Notes: generated by a model not told the origin, from the letters alone. A stretch of DNA of 49,751 nt from Promethearchaeati archaeon (GCA_013166835.1 JABLTI010000033.1:1-49751), one strand, 5' to 3'. Numbered from the stretch's first letter, positions 38,525-48,567 are shown. Numbers and translations: made by a program.

Positions 38525-39208
38525 GTGTTTAAGATGAATATTATTAGAACTAGTGTAATGGGTTTGAGTTCACTAGGAGCATTTGGTGTAGCAACAGAAA
38601 AATTTGCCATTATTTCAGAAATGTGGACAAATAAAGCAGTTGAAGCTATTACTAAAGCTCTTGAAGTACCAATCACTAAACTCAACATCGGTGATACTTC
38701 TCTAGTTGGTATTCTAACTGCAGCAAACTCAAATGGAATTTTACTTCCTCATATTTTCTCTCAAAGAGAAATGGAGAAACTGGAAGAAACTTATGGTGAT
38801 TCCATAAACATTGGAGTCGTTGACAGCAAAATCACTTGCTTAGGCAATTGCATTGTAACTAACGATAACGGTGCTATTATCCATGAGAATTTTGAACCAA
38901 AAGCTGTCTCAGTAATTAAGGATATTCTTGATGTTGAAGTAGAAAAAGGTAATATCATAAAATCTAATCTAGTCGGATCCCATGCCTTAGCGACTAATAA
39001 AGGACTTTTAGTTCATCCTCTTACTACTGAAATGGAAATAACTTGGTTAAGTGAAAGACTAGGTGTTCCTGTAAATGTAGGAACAATAAATCGTGGTGTA
39101 CCTTATGTTAGTGTTGGTTGTTTTGCTAATACAAAAGGAGCAATTGCTGGTAAAGAGACAACTGGTCCGGAATTACAAAGGCTCTATCAAACGCTCAGAG
39201 GAATGTAA
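38525..39208 (+). CDS. eif6: Translation initiation factor 6 (aIF-6)
   Basis: Five-fold repeats: LVG..AANSNG, GN...TNDNG, GT.NRG, TTGPEL; probable start ATG 38534. Confidence 0.95.
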   Translation: MFKMNIIRTSVMGLSSLGAFGVATEKFAIISEMWTNKAVEAITKALEVPITKLNIGDTSLVGILTAANSNGILLPHIFSQREMEKLEETYGDSINIGVVDSKITCLGNCIVTNDNGAIIHENFEPKAVSVIKDILDVEVEKGNIIKSNLVGSHALATNKGLLVHPLTTEMEITWLSERLGVPVNVGTINRGVPYVSVGCFANTKGAIAGKETTGPELQRLYQTLRGM

Positions 39209-39288
39209 AAGCATTAATCATTATATCCAAAAATAATAAAAACCCAAGCAAATCTGTTCAAGCAGTTCAATATAAGAGAGTTGTTACA

Positions 39289-39549
39289 ATGTCAAAAGAT
39301 GTCCAAGTTAAAAATTTCAGAATAACTTTCTTGAGAAAACCACTGAAGAATAAAATCAAATACGAAGTTGATGTTCGAGCTCTCACAAAAGAAGATGCTC
39401 TTCATCAAGCTTACTCAAGAATTGGCAGCAAACATAAAGCTCCACGACAATTATTGCAAGTGAAATCAATAAAAGAAATTTCTGCACATGATATTAAGAA
39501 TAATATCCTTAAAGAAATTGCCACAGATGATGATGTGAAAATTCATTAA
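39289..39549 (+). CDS. rplX: 50S ribosomal protein L18Ae/LX (eL20)
   Basis: VRA....A...AYSRIGSKHK; position between eif6 and pfdA. Confidence 0.92.
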   Translation: MSKDVQVKNFRITFLRKPLKNKIKYEVDVRALTKEDALHQAYSRIGSKHKAPRQLLQVKSIKEISAHDIKNNILKEIATDDDVKIH

Positions 39550-39603
39550 ACGTATTAATAAAAGTCAATCATACATCTGTTATGACCAATTTAGAATAGC
39601 AAT

Positions 39604-40080
39604 GTGGTGAAGTATATGAGTGAAGATCAATTAAGAAAGGAATTCCAACAAATTAGTAATGAAATTCAAAGATATGATGAGTACGGCAAACAGCTTCAAG
39701 TACAAATTGAAACTTTGCAAAACTACTTGGTAGACCTTAATAGATCTAAATCAACCCTAACAGGTTTAAAAGACGAAAAAAATATTGATGAAACCCTCAT
39801 CCAAGTGGGTTCAGGAATCATGATGAGAGTCAAACCTCTAGACGTTGAAAAGGTCCTTTATAGTGTTGGTGCTGGAGTTGTAGTTAAGAAACCAATTGAT
39901 GCAGCTGTTAAAGGTGTTGAAGAAAGAATCGATGAAGTTGAAAAAGAAAGATTAGCATTAGCAGATCAATTAAACAGGATTATCGAGAGTATTGGAAACC
40001 TTGAACGCAAAGCTCAGTCAATTTATAGACAATTACAAGGACCATCTCAACCCCAATATGATCCAAGTCTTGTTAGTTAA
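39604..40080 (+). CDS. pfdA: Prefoldin subunit alpha
   Basis: Coiled coil - two beta hairpins (VGSG, VGAGV) - coiled coil; synteny. Confidence 0.93.
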   Translation: MVKYMSEDQLRKEFQQISNEIQRYDEYGKQLQVQIETLQNYLVDLNRSKSTLTGLKDEKNIDETLIQVGSGIMMRVKPLDVEKVLYSVGAGVVVKKPIDAAVKGVEERIDEVEKERLALADQLNRIIESIGNLERKAQSIYRQLQGPSQPQYDPSLVS

Positions 40081-40207
40081 TCTTGCAGTATTAACGATTA
40101 TATTATTTCTTTTACTACTATTCCATTGAAATGGAATAAGAACAACAATATATTTGAATAACACCAATAGACAGCTAAGAACTGAACTAAGAAGGAGCTA
40201 AGGAATC

Positions 40208-41122
40208 TTGTTTAAAAAATTAAAATCTGGTATAGGATCTGCAGTAGAAAAGCTCACTCAAAAGGAATTAACTGAAAAAAATCTTGAGAAGCCATTATAC
40301 GACCTACAATTAGCATTAATTGGAAATAATGTTGCAGTTCCTATTGCTGAAAAAATTACCAAAGAAGTTGAACAAGCATTAGCTACTACTAAAGTTGGGA
40401 GATTAACTTCTAGGAAGAAAATTACTTATGATGCTTTAAGAAAAGCAATAATTGATATTTTAGAATCTCCGGAAGAAGAAATTGATTTATTGGGAATGAT
40501 CAAAGGGAATAAGAAAAATGGGGTAACAACTGTACTTGCGATTTTTGGTCCAAATGGAGCAGGAAAAACAACCACTATCGCTAAACTAACCCAACTTCTA
40601 ATAGACAACAATTTAACAGTAGTGATAGGTGCTGGGGATACATTTCGAGCAGGAGCTATTGATCAAATTAGTAAGCATTGCGATAAATTAGGTGTGCGAA
40701 TAATCAAACAAGATTATGGTTCAGATCCAGCAGCAGTAATCTATGATACAATTCAACATGCTAAAGCAAAAGGCATTGATGTAGTAATTGCTGATACTGC
40801 TGGAAGATTACAAACTAACAAAAATCTCATGCGTGAACTTGAAAAAATCGTGAGAGTAGCAGAACCAGATTTGAATATTTTTGTAGCAGATGCCCTCACA
40901 GGAAATGATGCTGCTTATCAAGCAGAGGAATATGATCGAATGGTAGGAATTGATGCCATTATTTTAACGAAGGTAGATGCAGACCCGAAGGGAGGGGCTG
41001 CTTTATCAGTTGTTTATGCAGCTAAGGCTCCAATCATTTACATTGGTGTTGGTCAGAAATATTCTGATTTTAAACCATTTGATTCCGCATGGTTCGCTGA
41101 AGCGATTATACCTGAAAAATAG
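40208..41122 (+). CDS. ftsY: SRP receptor FtsY (NG domain only)
   Basis: GPNGAGKTTT, DTFRAGA, DTAGR, TKVD, GVGQ. Confidence 0.96.
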   Translation: MFKKLKSGIGSAVEKLTQKELTEKNLEKPLYDLQLALIGNNVAVPIAEKITKEVEQALATTKVGRLTSRKKITYDALRKAIIDILESPEEEIDLLGMIKGNKKNGVTTVLAIFGPNGAGKTTTIAKLTQLLIDNNLTVVIGAGDTFRAGAIDQISKHCDKLGVRIIKQDYGSDPAAVIYDTIQHAKAKGIDVVIADTAGRLQTNKNLMRELEKIVRVAEPDLNIFVADALTGNDAAYQAEEYDRMVGIDAIILTKVDADPKGGAALSVVYAAKAPIIYIGVGQKYSDFKPFDSAWFAEAIIPEK

Positions 41123-41144
41123 AAATAAATTAGGAATGAAAAAA

Positions 41145-41342
41145 ATGCCAGTAATAACTGTTGAAGGACCACCAAGAAGTGTGGAACAAAAGAAAGAATT
41201 AGTAAAACTACTTACAGATGCATTAAAGAAAGCATATGGATATTCTGAGGATTTTGCCCATATTGTTGTTGTAATAAAGGAAAATCCCCCAGAGAATATT
41301 GGTTCTAATGGTAAATTATTATCAGAGATGAAGGAATCTTGA
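41145..41342 (+). CDS. 4-oxalocrotonate tautomerase family (DmpI-like)
   Basis: Catalytic Pro1: MPVITVEG...EQKKELV...I.E.P.EN.G.NG; true start 41145 rather than 40977. Confidence 0.92.
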   Translation: MPVITVEGPPRSVEQKKELVKLLTDALKKAYGYSEDFAHIVVVIKENPPENIGSNGKLLSEMKES

Positions 41343-41348
41343 AGGATT

Positions 41349-42308
41349 TCATTTCTCTGATTTCCACGTATAACTAATCTGAGTCCAATCTTTCACATAG
41401 CCTTCTGACAAGTAAAGGTTCATTGCAGGAATATTTTTTAAATTGACATTCAAACTTGAACTCTTGTAGCCTTCATGGGTCAGTGTTGATTTTATGTGAT
41501 GTATAATTTTCCTTCCGATTCCTTTACATCTGTAGCTGGAGTGAACACCCATAATCCATAATTGACCATTTTTCTCACCATGTGATTCACGAACTATGGA
41601 AAATGCAATGAGTTTGTTATTAGATAAAACTCCTATTGAAGCAGGTTCAATTATGGGAAAATTATCTGCTAAAATTACGTCTTTAAAATAATCGAACATT
41701 TCATCATCAGTCTTATCAGATAACCATAAATCTTTAGATTCTCTAAAAGTCTCGAGAAAACACTGATAGAATTTACTCGAATCTATTTGACTGATTGGAA
41801 TTACTTCAAAGTTTTCAAAGCGTTCAGTAACCTTAGTTTTTTGTGCTAGTTCTTGTCTCATATGACAATTTCGATCAATCAATGACATCCCAATTGCTTG
41901 ATAATCTACTTTCTTCTTGTCTTCATATTCCTTGAAACTTAGTTCAACTCGTGTTAATCCTTTTGATATTCCATATTCAATAGCTTTTGTTACCAGGTTT
42001 TTAGATATTGAAAGATTATTTCTATATTCTTCCAAAATTATTGGATGACCATTTAAAGCCCAAGGATTTATTTCAGCCTCAGTTGCAGTCATTTGTACAA
42101 AGAAAACCCAACCTATGATTTTCTTATTTACTTTTGCAATTATAGCAGTAGGGGAATATTTCAAATCTAAATTTTTAAACCAATTCACTAATCGATCCAC
42201 TTGAAGACTAGGTCTTTCTTTTTTCCAAATGGAAATTGTGAATTCCGCTAATTCCTGAAGAAGTTCTTCAACCCATTCTTGTATTGTTATGTTGACAGTT
42301 TCAGCCAT
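41349..42308 (-). CDS. Tandem GNAT acetyltransferase
   Basis: C-terminal MGVHSSYRCKGIG, N.PAMNLY...GY; GGAGG SD. Confidence 0.88.
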   Translation of the reverse strand: MAETVNITIQEWVEELLQELAEFTISIWKKERPSLQVDRLVNWFKNLDLKYSPTAIIAKVNKKIIGWVFFVQMTATEAEINPWALNGHPIILEEYRNNLSISKNLVTKAIEYGISKGLTRVELSFKEYEDKKKVDYQAIGMSLIDRNCHMRQELAQKTKVTERFENFEVIPISQIDSSKFYQCFLETFRESKDLWLSDKTDDEMFDYFKDVILADNFPIIEPASIGVLSNNKLIAFSIVRESHGEKNGQLWIMGVHSSYRCKGIGRKIIHHIKSTLTHEGYKSSSLNVNLKNIPAMNLYLSEGYVKDWTQISYTWKSEK

Positions 42309-42540
42309 ATTATCAATCCTCCAAAAGGAAGTACAGAAGGTAGTGAGTTAATTGTAAAGGGCATGTGAATTATTGTGTTTTACAAAGAAAATCATCCATT
42401 AGGATTACACCAATTAACTATCTACAAAATGAAATTCAAAAGATATTTCTTTCGGAGATAGTCACAAGATGATTGTTTTTGTTGCAAGAACGAATTCGGG
42501 AAACTACACTTAACATAAACACCTTCAACTTACCTCCAGA
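42309..42540 (-). promoter_or_regulatory. Candidate structured leader/attenuator with uORF
   Basis: SD-preceded uORF (stop 42436; ATG 42516, GTG 42522 or TTG 42528), mutually exclusive inverted repeats, anti-SD. Confidence 0.5.
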
Positions 42541-42608
42541 TTTTGTAAGAAAAAAATAAAGAGATGATACTAATAAATCTATTCGTAAAACATCGAATTC
42601 ATTAAAAC

Positions 42609-45600
42609 CTATTCTTGATTTTCAGCTTCTTGGTTTTCATGATTGATCATGAAAGCATCACTTTTCTTTTTGCGCCAGCGTATACCTTCACGTACCCATT
42701 TCACCTCATCTTCTCGAGATAATTTAGAGAGGAAAAATGGAGCAATGTAGTAAACGAGTATACAACTTATTATTGAACCAAAAATAATGAGGATATAACG
42801 TATAATGATATTATTCTTGTTATCAGTAGGATCCAAAGGATCGGTTTCGTCAAGTAATTCTTGACCATCGTCAATACCATCAGAATCACTATCAGCAAGT
42901 AGAGGATTAGTGCCTAAAATGATTTCATCACCATCGTTAACACGATCATCGTCTGTATCTGGATCATGAGGGAGAGTATTATAAACGAATAATTCATTAT
43001 AATCAGAAATTCCGTCTTGATCCGTGTCTGCTATATTAGCAAGAGTATAATAGATAGCAATCTCCTCAAAATCTGTGAGCCCATCCAAATCAGTGTCATT
43101 TACTAAAGGATTTGCTTTATGGAGAAACTCTTCAACATTAGAAATGCCATCATTATCAGCATCTAATGCAGAATCATCTATTACTGGATCAAAACCATAA
43201 AGCCATTCGAAATAATCATCCATTCCATCAAAATCTGTGTCGATTAAAGTGGGATCAGAGCCATAGTCCAATTCTACATTGTCATCTACAAGGTCTTCAT
43301 CTGTATCTTTTTTAGCTGGATGAGTGTTATAAATGTAAACCTCATCCCCATCAGAGAGACTATCTCCATCGGAATCAACTATATGAGGATCAGAACCATA
43401 GACATGAATTTCAAGATAATCATTCAAATCATCATAATCAGTATCAGGATTTGTGGCATTGGTATGTAATACTATGATTTCATCATAGTCGCTTAAACCT
43501 TCTCCATCGGTGTCATACAAGATGGGGTTTGATCCATAAACAAGCTCTTCATTATCCCAGAGTTTATCTCCATCCGTATCGGTATTTTTAGGATCAGTCC
43601 ACAGTAAGAACTCTTCGTAATTGGTCAGCGTATCACCGTCGAGATCTATGAGGGCATCTGAAGCATTAAGAGGATCTAGATGCATATAGTATTCATACCC
43701 ATCTGACATCAAATCATCATCTGTATCATTATCAAGAGGATTGCAATTAATTGTTATATCAGTTTTGTCAGATAGTAAATCACCATCCGTATCCCATAAT
43801 GTTGGATTAGTAAAAACAAAGCCTGTTGCATTAGCTGCAGGATTAGCAGGAGCATATATTCCATAAACTTCCACCCCATCCATATAACCATCTTTGTCTG
43901 TGTCAAATACTGCGGGGTTTGTTCCCCACACCATCACTTCCTGGTAATCATCAAGGCCATCGCCCTCGTAATCAACTTGTCCGGGATGCAGATTCCATTG
44001 GTATTCATAAAGGTTGATTAATCCTTCTCCATCTGGATCTAAGGCGGAATCATTAACATTAATATCTAAATAATCCCGATAGAGATATTCATACGCATCA
44101 GACATTGTATCATTATCCGAATCCCCTGAATTTGGATCAGAACTTAAATCATTGATCTCTAAACCATCGTCTAACGTATCCCCATCCGTATCAGTATTCA
44201 TTGGATTTGTTAGATGTATAATAACCTCATCATAATCACTCACAAAGTCATCATCAGAATCATTATCGTTTGGATATGTGTTTGCTAGGAACTCATCAAT
44301 GTTCAATAAAGAATCGTTGTCTAGATCCCCTAGGGAATCATCTGAATATGGATCTAATCCATAATGAAATTCATATCCATCCAACATTCCATCTGCATCC
44401 TCATCAGGATTGAACGGATCAAAACCATTGGCAATTTCCTCTCCATCTAGCATTTGGTCATCATCGGTGTCAGGATCAAATGGATCGGTACCATATATTC
44501 CTCTTTCTTCATAATTCATTAATCCATCTTCATCAGCATCATTCCATCCTTTTCGATAGTAAATTGTTCTAACATTATCTACTTGATCCACCCAAGCCAT
44601 ATGGATATTCCCATCTGAATCTACAGTTAAATCAGGATATTGTGAATAACCATGAACTGGATTCAGTAATACGTCGCCAGACCAAGCATTAGTTGTTGGA
44701 GAAAAAGTCTTCATATACAATCCTGCAGTAGTTCCTCCAATGTATTGAACCCAATTCCAGAGTAGAATCATTCTACCAAAACTATCAACTACACCAGTTA
44801 TGTGACAATTTTGAGCTGCTTTCGTGGAAACTGCTATTAGATCCGTTGCATCTCCAGAGGTAAGTTTTTGATACATAATGGAATATTCATCTTCACCAGT
44901 AGGAACATTGTATATCAAGTGAAGGCTTCCATCTTCTGAACTAAATATACTTGGTTTAGGAACATAATATATATTTGAGGGGATTTCAAATATTTGGCGG
45001 AATCCCGTCCAAGTGAATGGTGCTGTTGCATTCTCTTTCCAATACAAATCATATTGGATAAAGTATAATCGCTCGTAGTAGTTTATCCGATAAGAGTATA
45101 CACTTCCTTGGTAGAAAAATGATCTTTCTTGTCCCCCAACATTTGCTATATGAAAGTTATAATTAGAAGTAGATAAAGAATAAGAATAAGACTCATCAAA
45201 AGCTTGACTACTCCAGGTATTGGATTCTTCATTATATTTTGAATAAAAGAAGTCAATATCATATAGACTTGTGGAAGCAACATAGACAACCTTTGGCTTA
45301 CTCTCATTAGTAAGTTGTAATCGAGGATTTTCACCGTAACCTACAATCGAGGGAGTATTCCAAGTTTCGTTCTCATACATTCGATATTTTATGCTTGCAT
45401 CATGAAGCCAAACTAAATGTATGCGACCTTCTGGATCGGTTTTTACATCCATTAAACCAAAGTATTCACTTGCGGTATCACCAATTATGACCCTATCACT
45501 CCATACACCTGTCAGATTATTTTTCACATTATGAAATAGTACCCACTCATCATTATATCGTCCAGACCAAAACACATGAACATTTTCTTCTTTGTCAAGT

Positions 45601-45899
45601 GCGATTTTAATATCATTTAAGGGATTATCTGGTTCTATTACCTCAGAATCTTCCCAACCATAGGATCCGAGAAGTTCATAATCAGGAGTTAAGTATGTAC
45701 CAAAGTTATTGTCTCTTCCAGCAGTTTCACTAAAATAATTTCCTCCATCCCAATCATTTGGTGTTTCAGATCCATCTTCTAGTTTTACAATTTCAATTAT
45801 TGCTTGAGAGGATACATTAGTGTCTGTGAGTAATGTGCCAACAAATATGAAATTTAATAAAAGAATACCGAAGAGAAGTTTTTTGGACCATTTTAACAT
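42609..45899 (-). CDS. Large surface protein: beta-propeller plus Ca-binding thrombospondin type-3-like (DxDxDG) repeats plus C-terminal TM
   Basis: Signal peptide; 'D..G.IH..W' blades; more than 20 'T.P...DTD.DGL.D..E' repeats; TM and basic tail. Confidence 0.88.
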   Translation of the reverse strand: MLKWSKKLLFGILLLNFIFVGTLLTDTNVSSQAIIEIVKLEDGSETPNDWDGGNYFSETAGRDNNFGTYLTPDYELLGSYGWEDSEVIEPDNPLNDIKIALDKEENVHVFWSGRYNDEWVLFHNVKNNLTGVWSDRVIIGDTASEYFGLMDVKTDPEGRIHLVWLHDASIKYRMYENETWNTPSIVGYGENPRLQLTNESKPKVVYVASTSLYDIDFFYSKYNEESNTWSSQAFDESYSYSLSTSNYNFHIANVGGQERSFFYQGSVYSYRINYYERLYFIQYDLYWKENATAPFTWTGFRQIFEIPSNIYYVPKPSIFSSEDGSLHLIYNVPTGEDEYSIMYQKLTSGDATDLIAVSTKAAQNCHITGVVDSFGRMILLWNWVQYIGGTTAGLYMKTFSPTTNAWSGDVLLNPVHGYSQYPDLTVDSDGNIHMAWVDQVDNVRTIYYRKGWNDADEDGLMNYEERGIYGTDPFDPDTDDDQMLDGEEIANGFDPFNPDEDADGMLDGYEFHYGLDPYSDDSLGDLDNDSLLNIDEFLANTYPNDNDSDDDFVSDYDEVIIHLTNPMNTDTDGDTLDDGLEINDLSSDPNSGDSDNDTMSDAYEYLYRDYLDINVNDSALDPDGEGLINLYEYQWNLHPGQVDYEGDGLDDYQEVMVWGTNPAVFDTDKDGYMDGVEVYGIYAPANPAANATGFVFTNPTLWDTDGDLLSDKTDITINCNPLDNDTDDDLMSDGYEYYMHLDPLNASDALIDLDGDTLTNYEEFLLWTDPKNTDTDGDKLWDNEELVYGSNPILYDTDGEGLSDYDEIIVLHTNATNPDTDYDDLNDYLEIHVYGSDPHIVDSDGDSLSDGDEVYIYNTHPAKKDTDEDLVDDNVELDYGSDPTLIDTDFDGMDDYFEWLYGFDPVIDDSALDADNDGISNVEEFLHKANPLVNDTDLDGLTDFEEIAIYYTLANIADTDQDGISDYNELFVYNTLPHDPDTDDDRVNDGDEIILGTNPLLADSDSDGIDDGQELLDETDPLDPTDNKNNIIIRYILIIFGSIISCILVYYIAPFFLSKLSREDEVKWVREGIRWRKKKSDAFMINHENQEAENQE

Positions 45900-46121
45900 T
45901 AATAATGCATCTCTAAATCCTTTTTTATTACTCCTTTATATTTTCTTTTGAAGATTTAAATATTTTAGAATCTTTGGATTGCTCTTTCTTATAATTATAA
46001 GAATCACCTCTTAAAAGTTTTTCACTTCAGAATGTTTTCTGAAAAAAAGGTAATAACAAAAAACGACTAAAATTCGTAAATACTTGAGAAAAATTGCTCT
46101 GGAATCATTTTCAAGTTGAGT

Positions 46122-46278
46122 CGAACATTTTATTAGTTACTTTACAGTGTGAAAAACAAAACCCGAGATTATCTTTTCCTCGGTCGACAGAAGTGAAAAG
46201 AGCTCAAGTAACAGCAGATTTTAAAATAGGAACTTTATCTGCTGTATACGAGAAATAAAATGGAACGAGGAATAAAAA
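46122..46278 (+). promoter_or_regulatory. Putative promoter and structured 5' leader of argF
   Basis: CGAACATTTTATTAG (BRE/TATA-like); stems CCGAG/CTCGG and ACAGCAGAT/ATCTGCTGT; anti-SD TTCCTCG. Confidence 0.45.
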
Positions 46279-47220
46279 ATGAACCTAAAAGGGCGTCATT
46301 TACTTACTCTTTTTGATTATACCCCTGAAGAGATTATTTATTTTCTAGATCTTGGGGATGAACTCAAAAAGGAATTTAATAAACATGGGGGTCATCCTAA
46401 TCGAAAACCCCTTAAAAAGAGTCTAGGGATGATGTTTGAGAAAACATCAACAAGAACCAGAGTTTCCTTTGAAACTGGCATCTGGGAGCTTGGAGGGCAA
46501 CCTCTTTTCTTGAGTTTCCGTGACACTCAACTAGTTGGGACTGGTGAAACCACATCTGACACTAGTCAAGTTCTTTCTAGATATCTAGGAGGAATAATGG
46601 CTCGTGTATATAAGCACAAAACTCTTACAGATCTCGCTGAACACTCATCTATTCCTATTATTAACGGATTATGTGACCTTTATCATCCTTGTCAAATTCT
46701 AGCTGATCTTCAGACGATTCGTGAGCATAAAGGAAAGCTCAAAGGCTTGAAGCTAGTGTATGTTGGAGATGGCAATAATGTTGCACAATCACTTATGATT
46801 GGTTGTACTAAAATGGGCATGGATGTAACAATTATTTGTCCTGATGATTACCAACCAGATTCTGAGATAACCAAAAGAGTAGCAAAAATTGCTGAGAAAA
46901 TGGGCACTAAACTAGAAATAACTAAAGATGTTCCAACTGGAGTCAAAGATGCAGATGTTATTTATACAGACACTTGGATTTCCATGGGTGATGAAGCTCA
47001 AAAAGAAATTCGCCTAAAGGCTTTCAAAGAATATACTGTTGATAAGAAATTGATGAGTTATGCAAAGAATGATGCAATTTTCTTACATTGTCTCCCAGCA
47101 CATCGCGGTTACGAAGTGACTGATGAAGTCATTGATAGTAAACAAAGTGTTGTTTTCGATGAAGCTGAAAATCGAAAACACTCTCAAAAAGCAGTTATGC
47201 TTGCCTTAATGAGTGATTAA
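46279..47220 (+). CDS. argF: Ornithine carbamoyltransferase
   Basis: STRTR, HPCQ, GDGNNV, D.W.SMG, FLHCLP. Confidence 0.96.
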   Translation: MNLKGRHLLTLFDYTPEEIIYFLDLGDELKKEFNKHGGHPNRKPLKKSLGMMFEKTSTRTRVSFETGIWELGGQPLFLSFRDTQLVGTGETTSDTSQVLSRYLGGIMARVYKHKTLTDLAEHSSIPIINGLCDLYHPCQILADLQTIREHKGKLKGLKLVYVGDGNNVAQSLMIGCTKMGMDVTIICPDDYQPDSEITKRVAKIAEKMGTKLEITKDVPTGVKDADVIYTDTWISMGDEAQKEIRLKAFKEYTVDKKLMSYAKNDAIFLHCLPAHRGYEVTDEVIDSKQSVVFDEAENRKHSQKAVMLALMSD

Positions 47221-47230
47221 ACAAAAGATT

Positions 47231-47260
47231 GAGGGATTTTCCCTCTTATTTTTCTTATTT
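47231..47260 (+). terminator. Hairpin plus T-tract after argF
   Basis: GAGGGA-TTT-TCCCTC then TTATTTTTCTT. Confidence 0.65.
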
Positions 47261-47285
47261 AAAATTAAGTGGATTGGTCATCGGA

Positions 47286-48140
47286 ATGAAACTAGAAAAC
47301 CCAGTAATATTAACTACAAACCAAAATGTCTGTGGAATTAATATCAGGAATGCATTACTTGATAATTGGGATTATGTAGAAACCGAAGAAGTTTTTGATG
47401 GAACGCCAATTTATCAGTTCAAGCACATTCGATTAGTTTATTCCGAAAAGGATGTTATCAATGCAAATCATTGCGATGAGTTGAATGCTGATTTACTTTT
47501 ATATGGTTCTCGTCACAAAAGTGAAGCTAACAAACCTAGTTTATTAACACATGTAACTGGCAACCTTTCAGAAGACAACAGTCACGGTGGCAATCCTTTG
47601 GAACTGGCATATGCTTCTACTCGAGCAATAAGAGAATCCTATCTTGGATTGCTAAATGAAAAGGAAGCGCTGGGTTTAGTTGATTTTGATGTAACTGTTG
47701 AAGCAACACATCATGGTCCTACATCTATGAAAACACCACTCGTTTTTATTGAAGTAGGGAGCACCGAAATCGAATATAAAAATGAGAAAGCAATATTAGC
47801 AGTAGCGAAAACTATAATGAATATTTGTCTTAATGAGAATGAGGATGCAATTAGACCTAGTATTTGCTTTGGTGGCGGACATTATGCAACGAGATTCGAT
47901 GAATTAATGGAAATAACACCAGTTGCAGTTGGGCACATTTTACCAAAATATCGTAAATCAAATTTAACAACACAAATAGTTGAACAAATGATTGAAAAAA
48001 CTGTTGAAAAAGTGAAATGGGCAATTATAGATAGAAGTAGCTTAAATGCAGAACAAATTCAAATAATTAAAGATGGGTGCTCAAAATTTGGAGCAGAGAT
48101 CGTGAAAGCGAGAGATGTTAAATATGGGAAAATCACTTAA
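47286..48140 (+). CDS. dtdA: Archaeal D-aminoacyl-tRNA deacylase (DTD2)
   Basis: SRHKS, H.TGN, EATHHGP, F.EVGS, GGGHYA, GHILPKY; start trimmed to ATG 47286. Confidence 0.93.
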   Translation: MKLENPVILTTNQNVCGINIRNALLDNWDYVETEEVFDGTPIYQFKHIRLVYSEKDVINANHCDELNADLLLYGSRHKSEANKPSLLTHVTGNLSEDNSHGGNPLELAYASTRAIRESYLGLLNEKEALGLVDFDVTVEATHHGPTSMKTPLVFIEVGSTEIEYKNEKAILAVAKTIMNICLNENEDAIRPSICFGGGHYATRFDELMEITPVAVGHILPKYRKSNLTTQIVEQMIEKTVEKVKWAIIDRSSLNAEQIQIIKDGCSKFGAEIVKARDVKYGKIT

Positions 48141-48549
48141 TTGTATTTTTACTTCTCTTTTCTTCCATTTGTTTTTTTAGTTGATTACATCGTTCATACC
48201 AAAGTATTTCGTAATCCTTGTGACTAATTACTCGAGAACTCAAGCCTGCAATTGTATAGATCTCATCTTGTTTACACCAATCAACACAAACTTCATACAT
48301 TTCCCAATCTAAATCTTCAGTTTCCCATTCTACTCTAACTTCTTGCCATCCTAATAGATGTGCTGCATAGGCTCTCGTATGACCATCCGAGTAAACGATA
48401 TCTGTTCCTAGTTTCTTTACAGGAATTATCTCAAGACTTTCTTTTTTGTTAGAATTAAGTTTTTCTTGAATTTTTGCTAGTTTCCTCTTGCTAATGTATA
48501 ATTGACTTGGTTGTATATCTTTTAAATTCATATGAAAAATAGAATTCAT
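48133..48549 (-). CDS. Small ParB/Srx-like domain protein
   Basis: DIQPSQLYIS, DGHTRA motif. Confidence 0.7.
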   Translation of the reverse strand: MNSIFHMNLKDIQPSQLYISKRKLAKIQEKLNSNKKESLEIIPVKKLGTDIVYSDGHTRAYAAHLLGWQEVRVEWETEDLDWEMYEVCVDWCKQDEIYTIAGLSSRVISHKDYEILWYERCNQLKKQMEEKRSKNTIK

Positions 48550-48567
48550 TTTCTGAAATTGCTCCTT

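Noticed and set aside
40977-41144. N-terminal extension of the 121-aa ORF overlapping ftsY
   Set aside because: Tautomerases need Pro1; the true start is ATG 41145.
47229-47285. N-terminal extension of dtdA
   Set aside because: Overlaps the argF terminator hairpin; ATG 47286 is more plausible.
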